A stretch of 64,000 bases of DNA from the NCBI GenBank assembly GCA_045863295.1, contig BTWA01000016.1, positions 1 through 64,000 of the forward strand, read 5' to 3'. Shown piece by piece: positions 59,219 to 64,000 of this stretch (within the stretch, counting starts at the first letter, position 1; each line of letters opens with the position of its first letter). Origin of the DNA: Candidatus Hydrogenedentota bacterium (GTDB lineage: Bacteria > Hydrogenedentota > Hydrogenedentia > Hydrogenedentales > SLHB01). A program made the position numbers and the translations under genes. A model generated the notes under the pieces. It was given only the letters and a program-made list of their open reading frames with translations. It searched no databases and had not been told where the DNA came from.

Positions 59219-59604
59219 GGCGAAGCTCCCGGCGATGTATCCTCTATGAACGGCGTGATTTCGCTTAGAAACGTTGAAGGATTAATCGGCTTTTCAATAT
59301 ACCCGGAACAACCCGATTCCAAGACACGCTCGCGATCGCCCGGCATGGCATAGGAAGTCACCGCCACTATCGGTACGCGATTCAGGCTCGCAACGCGGCG
59401 CAGTTCCTTGGCCACGCTGTACCCGTCCATCACCGGGAGCTGAATATCCAGCAGAATCAGTGCGGGATGCTCGCTCGTGGCAAGGTCAATCCCCTCTTGA
59501 CCGGTGCAAGCCTCAATGACTTCGTGTCCGGCCTTTTCCAGAATGTACTTGACGAGGTAGCGATTTTGTTCGTTGTCTTCGATCAAAAGCACTTTTCGCT
59601 TCAT
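59215..59604 (-). CDS. Single-domain response regulator (DivK-like)
   Basis: LLIEDN, DIQLPVMDG, VTSYAM, KPI. Confidence 0.92.
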   Translation of the reverse strand: MKRKVLLIEDNEQNRYLVKYILEKAGHEVIEACTGQEGIDLATSEHPALILLDIQLPVMDGYSVAKELRRVASLNRVPIVAVTSYAMPGDRERVLESGCSGYIEKPINPSTFLSEITPFIEDTSPGASP

Positions 59605-61526
59605 GGTTGCGGCTCCACAGGGAAGGGTCCCCGTTCCACCGGTAGCAAAAACGTGAATGTACTTCCGGCCCCCCATTCGCTCCTCACTTCGATCGTGCCT
59701 CCCAGAAGACTCGCGAGTTTGCTGCAAATCGCGAGTCCAAGGCCGGTGCCCTCATGATTCCGGCTCAGTCCGCTATCCAACTGCTGAAAACTCTGAAACA
59801 ATTTTTGCCGGTCCTCGGACTTGATGCCGATACCCGTGTCCGCAACGTGAATCGCCAGCCGTTCTCCTTCATCCACAAACGTTACCCGGACGCCGCCTTC
59901 GTTCGTAAACTTCAGCCCGTTGTTGACCAGATTGATTAAGACTTGTTCAAACCTCCTTCGGTCGCTGTATAAGGATGTCAATGAAGGCGGCACCTCGGCT
60001 TTTAAGCTCAGACGCTTCTTTTCCGCAATCGGCTTGAACAGGTGCATTACACGGCCAACGGATTCATGCGGATCGAAATAGTCGCGCTGAATCGTCATTT
60101 GCCCTGCCTCTATCTTGGAGAGGTCCAGCACATCATTGATCAGCTCGAGCAGATGCATGGCACTGTTCTGCACCATTCCAAGTTGCTTTGCCTGTTCGTT
60201 GTTCAGCGGTCCCGGCAATTCTTCCATCAAAATCCCAGTGAAACCGATAATCGAATTCAAGGGGGTCCGCAATTCATGTGACATCGCCGCAAGAAAGGCG
60301 CTCTTCAATCGATCCGCTGATTCGGCCCGCTCTTTGGCATGGGCCAATTCTGCCGTCCGTTCCGCGACGCGCTGCTCCAATTCGGTATTGAGTTGAAGCA
60401 ACTTTTCCTCAGCCTGAACCCGGGCCGTTATGTCTGTTAGCGCCACAAAAACCCGCGCCCAGGTTGCTTCGTGTCCCGGCACGACCGCCAGGGTTAACGT
60501 AACGTGAAACTTCTCCCCCCAACGGTTGTGGTTGATCGCCTCGGTTTGAAAAACCAGTTGCCCGGCGGACAACGACAGCAGTTCCCGTCTGAAGAGTTCG
60601 TAGGTCTCCTCACGCAACACGCTTCCCAGGCGCCCGCACAAATCCTCGCGCCGCTCGTATTGCAGCAACTCCAACGTGGCCCGGTTTACATCGAGTATCT
60701 TCACGAGGTCCGCGCATTCGCGCAGCGCAGCCGGGTACGACTCAAAATGCGCTCGCAGATCCGTCACACCCGATGCACGCAATTCGTCCAAGTAGGATTT
60801 GACGCCGGAAAAATCCTCTTCCCACAGCGACGCGGGACAGTCCTCAAACAATCCCCGGTACCGCGCTTCGCTTTCGCGCAGTGCTGTTTCCGCGTTGCGG
60901 CTCTCCGTAATGTCCGTGCCAATACTCAATATCCCGTCGATATTGCCTTGCGCATCGAAGGACACTTTGTTCGTCCATGATATCCAAACCTTCGCTCCGT
61001 CCCGCCGCATATTTTCGTTGACGTTGAACTCAAACGCCTTAGGATTGGCGCAGATTCTGTCCATCAGCGGCCTGAGATCGCGCCCCGTGCTCTCGGTTTC
61101 AGGTACGATCGTTCCGACCACGTGGCGGCCAACCAATTCTGATTCCTCATACCCGAAGAACCGAAGCCCATACTCGTTTACGAAAGTAATCTGGCCGTCG
61201 CGCGTCCAGCGCATGATGATGCTGTTCGCGTGTTGGACCAGATCCCGGTACTTCAACTCGCTCTGCGTCAACGCATCCATCGTGCGGTCTTGTTTGCCAA
61301 GCATCCGTTCAAGGTATACGTATGCAATCAAAGCCGTAATGACAACATACGCCACGCCTTTGATTGACTGGTATTGGATCAGGGTCTGGGGCGAACCATC
61401 CAGCGGCAATAGAAAGACATCCGTGGTGGCGACCCATACCGCGCCGAATATCAGGTACAGGATGGCCAATCCGGCCGCCCAACGATGGCCTGGCCAACCA
61501 GCAATCCGTTCCCGCAACTGAGACAT
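59601..61526 (-). CDS. Membrane PAS-PAS sensor histidine kinase
   Basis: Two TM helices, PAS domains, SHELRTPLN, NGLKFT, DTGIG, GTGLGL. Confidence 0.93.
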   Translation of the reverse strand: MSQLRERIAGWPGHRWAAGLAILYLIFGAVWVATTDVFLLPLDGSPQTLIQYQSIKGVAYVVITALIAYVYLERMLGKQDRTMDALTQSELKYRDLVQHANSIIMRWTRDGQITFVNEYGLRFFGYEESELVGRHVVGTIVPETESTGRDLRPLMDRICANPKAFEFNVNENMRRDGAKVWISWTNKVSFDAQGNIDGILSIGTDITESRNAETALRESEARYRGLFEDCPASLWEEDFSGVKSYLDELRASGVTDLRAHFESYPAALRECADLVKILDVNRATLELLQYERREDLCGRLGSVLREETYELFRRELLSLSAGQLVFQTEAINHNRWGEKFHVTLTLAVVPGHEATWARVFVALTDITARVQAEEKLLQLNTELEQRVAERTAELAHAKERAESADRLKSAFLAAMSHELRTPLNSIIGFTGILMEELPGPLNNEQAKQLGMVQNSAMHLLELINDVLDLSKIEAGQMTIQRDYFDPHESVGRVMHLFKPIAEKKRLSLKAEVPPSLTSLYSDRRRFEQVLINLVNNGLKFTNEGGVRVTFVDEGERLAIHVADTGIGIKSEDRQKLFQSFQQLDSGLSRNHEGTGLGLAICSKLASLLGGTIEVRSEWGAGSTFTFLLPVERGPFPVEPQP

Positions 61527-61808
61527 GGCGTTTTTCTCCCGCCCAATGCTTTAGTCGTGTCCGCACGGCCGTATGGGTAACAATTCTGGATGACCGGGTA
61601 ATGCTTCGCAGCGGCACGTGCGTGGAAACACCACTATACGCCAAATAGCCGTCAACCGCGACTCACGAAGGCTCTACTGGGGCACCCGCTAAAGCAGCGA
61701 AGCGATTATCGCAAAAGTGCTCCTTGTCGAATTGATGAATACGGAGATGGCGGTTGCGTTGTTCGCGCAATCGCACTTGGCTTATTCTCGTTTTGGAAGG
61801 AATCGCGA

Positions 61809-62855
61809 ATGAACGACATATCCGGGCACATCAATCGTAGGGAATTTGCGCAAGCCGGCGCGGCCGCCATTGCCATGGCGCTGGCCTGCACCAGGGGTGA
61901 AACCGCCATGCAATCGCTTCAGGAGTTTCAAGGCTACCAGGCTCAGCGGCGCCACGAACTTTGGTCTCTTCTGGGTGATCTGCCGGCCCGGCGGGCCCCC
62001 ACGGCGCAGGTGATCGGAGTAGACCAGCACGACGGCTTCAAAATCGAGCGGCTTGTACTGGACCTCAACGGCATTCAGCCTGTACCCGCTCTTCTGCTCG
62101 TTCCCGACAATTTGAAGGCACCCGCCCCCGCCATGCACTACATCCACTGGCACGGCGGCGACTATTTTGTCGGCAAAGAAGAACTGCTTAATGGCACCAG
62201 CGCCATGCAGCCTTATGCGCCGGTGTATGCGAAGAAGGGCATCGTGGCCCTTGCCATCGACAGTTGGTGTTTCGGCGAGCGCGCGCCCTATCCCGACAAC
62301 GGTGGCCGCGGCGAAGGCGACACTTTTAAGGAGATGTTGTGGAAGGGGCAAGTTCTCTTCGGCATGATGATGTTCGATGAATGGCAAGCGTTGAACTACC
62401 TATGCACCCGGCCCGAAGTGGATGTGAACCGAATCGGCAGCTTTGGCATTTCCATGGGATCCACCAAGTCCTGGTGGCTCGCGGCGCTCGACGAACGCAT
62501 CAAGGTTTGCATGGATCTCTGTTGCCTCACCGATTTCGAAGCGTTGCTTGAAGACAAAGGCCAGACCCATCATGGCATTTACTACTATGTGCCCAGCTTG
62601 CTGAAACACTTTCAGACGCATACGATCAATGAACTCATCGTGCCGCGTCCCCGCCTTAGTCTCAACGGAAGCCAGGACAAACTCACCCCCGCCCGCGGCG
62701 TCGAACGCATCCGCGATTATCTCCTGCCGCTCTATCACGAATACGGCAAGGAAGCGGACTGCCGCATCGAACTCTTTGACTGCGGTCACACGGAATTGCC
62801 GGAGATGCGTGCGGTAATTCTGGAGTGGATCGACAATCATTTGGTTAACGGATAA
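61809..62855 (+). CDS. Tat-exported alpha/beta hydrolase (dienelactone hydrolase-like)
   Basis: NRREF twin-arginine motif, GISMG, PRP, GH. Confidence 0.85.
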   Translation: MNDISGHINRREFAQAGAAAIAMALACTRGETAMQSLQEFQGYQAQRRHELWSLLGDLPARRAPTAQVIGVDQHDGFKIERLVLDLNGIQPVPALLLVPDNLKAPAPAMHYIHWHGGDYFVGKEELLNGTSAMQPYAPVYAKKGIVALAIDSWCFGERAPYPDNGGRGEGDTFKEMLWKGQVLFGMMMFDEWQALNYLCTRPEVDVNRIGSFGISMGSTKSWWLAALDERIKVCMDLCCLTDFEALLEDKGQTHHGIYYYVPSLLKHFQTHTINELIVPRPRLSLNGSQDKLTPARGVERIRDYLLPLYHEYGKEADCRIELFDCGHTELPEMRAVILEWIDNHLVNG

Positions 62856-63119
62856 TGAGCGACCTCCAGTTACTGGGTGCGACGCGGCAATGCATTGCCC
62901 CTTAGTGAATAGGTCTCCCCGTTGCACTGCCCCGCCAAAAGCGCTAGCGGATTGTAACAAGGGGTTTTTATTGTATTGTTGAGATTACGGATTGCTTATT
63001 CATGAGTTGCGCAGTTTTTGTAGAATTTTGTTGCGTTGGCGACGATTGCAGTGGGTTTTCCGGCCTGCCACGTGACGCCCGCGTTCCTCCTCGTGCCTCG
63101 CCGATCCGCGAAGTGCAGT

Positions 63120-64000
63120 TCAGTCCTTTCTTCCTCGGAACTCTTCTCCGATTTCATCTGCTTTCATTGTCGTCAGGTCTTCGCGATTGTAGAAGTAAAA
63201 TCGCCCGCTTTCTTCGCCCGCAATGAGGTCGGGGCCGTTGGGGTTGCCGAAGTCGGCAACGGCGGGGCTGCACGCGTGTTGGCCGAGGTAGATGGGCTTG
63301 CCTTTGAAGGCGAACAGTTCGGGCCGGTTGTAACGGGGTTGGTTCTCGGTGCCTACGTTCTTAATGAATAGAATCGAGGATCCGGGCAAACCGAGGGATT
63401 GAGGAAGCCCCTGATCCGGATCGGGCACAGAGCCGTGGCGGGGCGTGCCGACGATGAGATCTTTTACGCCGTCTTGGTCCCAATCGGTCAACACGATTTT
63501 CAAGCGGCCGGATCCGCCCGCGTGGAGGAAGTTCGCCTTCATGACTTCGCCGGTGGCGAGTTGGAGTTTGAATCCTTCGGTGACGTGGCGTTCGTCTTCC
63601 TGCCAATAAAGGTGGAACTCGTCGTCGCCGTCGAGCGCGATGTAGGCCATGCCGCCGTCCATCACGCCCACGCCGGGCTGCACGCGCCACGTGCCGTAGA
63701 GGTCGAGACCGTCGTAATAGAGAAACGTGCCGGTGGCGAGTTGGGGCGCGGCGGTTGAGCCAGTATTCTCGAAATACGTGTGCCGTGCGGTGCTGTCGCT
63801 CATCACGATGTCGAGATCGCCATCCTGATCCCAATCCACAACCGTTGGACAAACGTAGCCCCAGCGGGCTTCCTGCGGTCCTTGGATGTCGAGGCCGTAC
63901 CCGGGTTGGATGTGGATGCATTGTCCGCCTGCTTCCAACGGAATACCGGGCAGAAACTTCGGATCGACGTTGGATCCATCGTTCTCGATGAACAGGATGA
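63120..64000 (-). CDS. FG-GAP/VCBS repeat protein (3' part; starts beyond the right edge)
   Basis: VDWDQDGDLDIV, TDWDQDGVKDLIVG, ADFGNPNGPDLIAG. Confidence 0.85.
   Translation of the reverse strand, partial: ILFIENDGSNVDPKFLPGIPLEAGGQCIHIQPGYGLDIQGPQEARWGYVCPTVVDWDQDGDLDIVMSDSTARHTYFENTGSTAAPQLATGTFLYYDGLDLYGTWRVQPGVGVMDGGMAYIALDGDDEFHLYWQEDERHVTEGFKLQLATGEVMKANFLHAGGSGRLKIVLTDWDQDGVKDLIVGTPRHGSVPDPDQGLPQSLGLPGSSILFIKNVGTENQPRYNRPELFAFKGKPIYLGQHACSPAVADFGNPNGPDLIAGEESGRFYFYNREDLTTMKADEIGEEFRGRKD

Overview
The window has two parts. Bases 1 to ~37,340 are an accessory defence island ending at the 3' end of a minus-strand tRNA-Asn(GTT) at 37339-37414, next to a large serine recombinase. The island holds five modules. 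(i) One minus-strand operon of at least 15.5 kb. Its restriction-like/BREX-related backbone is an HTH-SNF2-DUF3883 helicase, a DUF1156 adenine methyltransferase and a DUF499 ATPase cut by the window edge. A complete type II CBASS (Cap4-SAVED, CD-NTase, Cap2, Cap3) and a catalytically dead long pAgo plus Sir2 pair are interleaved between the backbone genes. (ii) A stand-alone SF2 helicase-nuclease. (iii) An RHH regulator, a 2,556-aa protein with two sacsin-like GHKL ATPase modules and a coupled SNF2 helicase; I cannot assign this to a named system and it is the best novelty candidate. (iv) Two tRNA-fMet-like att scars, an octapeptide-repeat ORF and an IS3 remnant. (v) An excisionase-HTH/recombinase-domain fusion coupled to the serine recombinase. 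Bases ~37,500-64,000 look like ordinary chromosome: GH95-like hydrolase, HEAT protein, voltage-gated cation channel, Ser/Thr kinase, beta-propellers, esterases, an ECF sigma factor, a GNAT and a three-gene two-component cluster. All family calls come from reading motifs by eye; no database search was run, and GC statements are visual impressions, not computed values.
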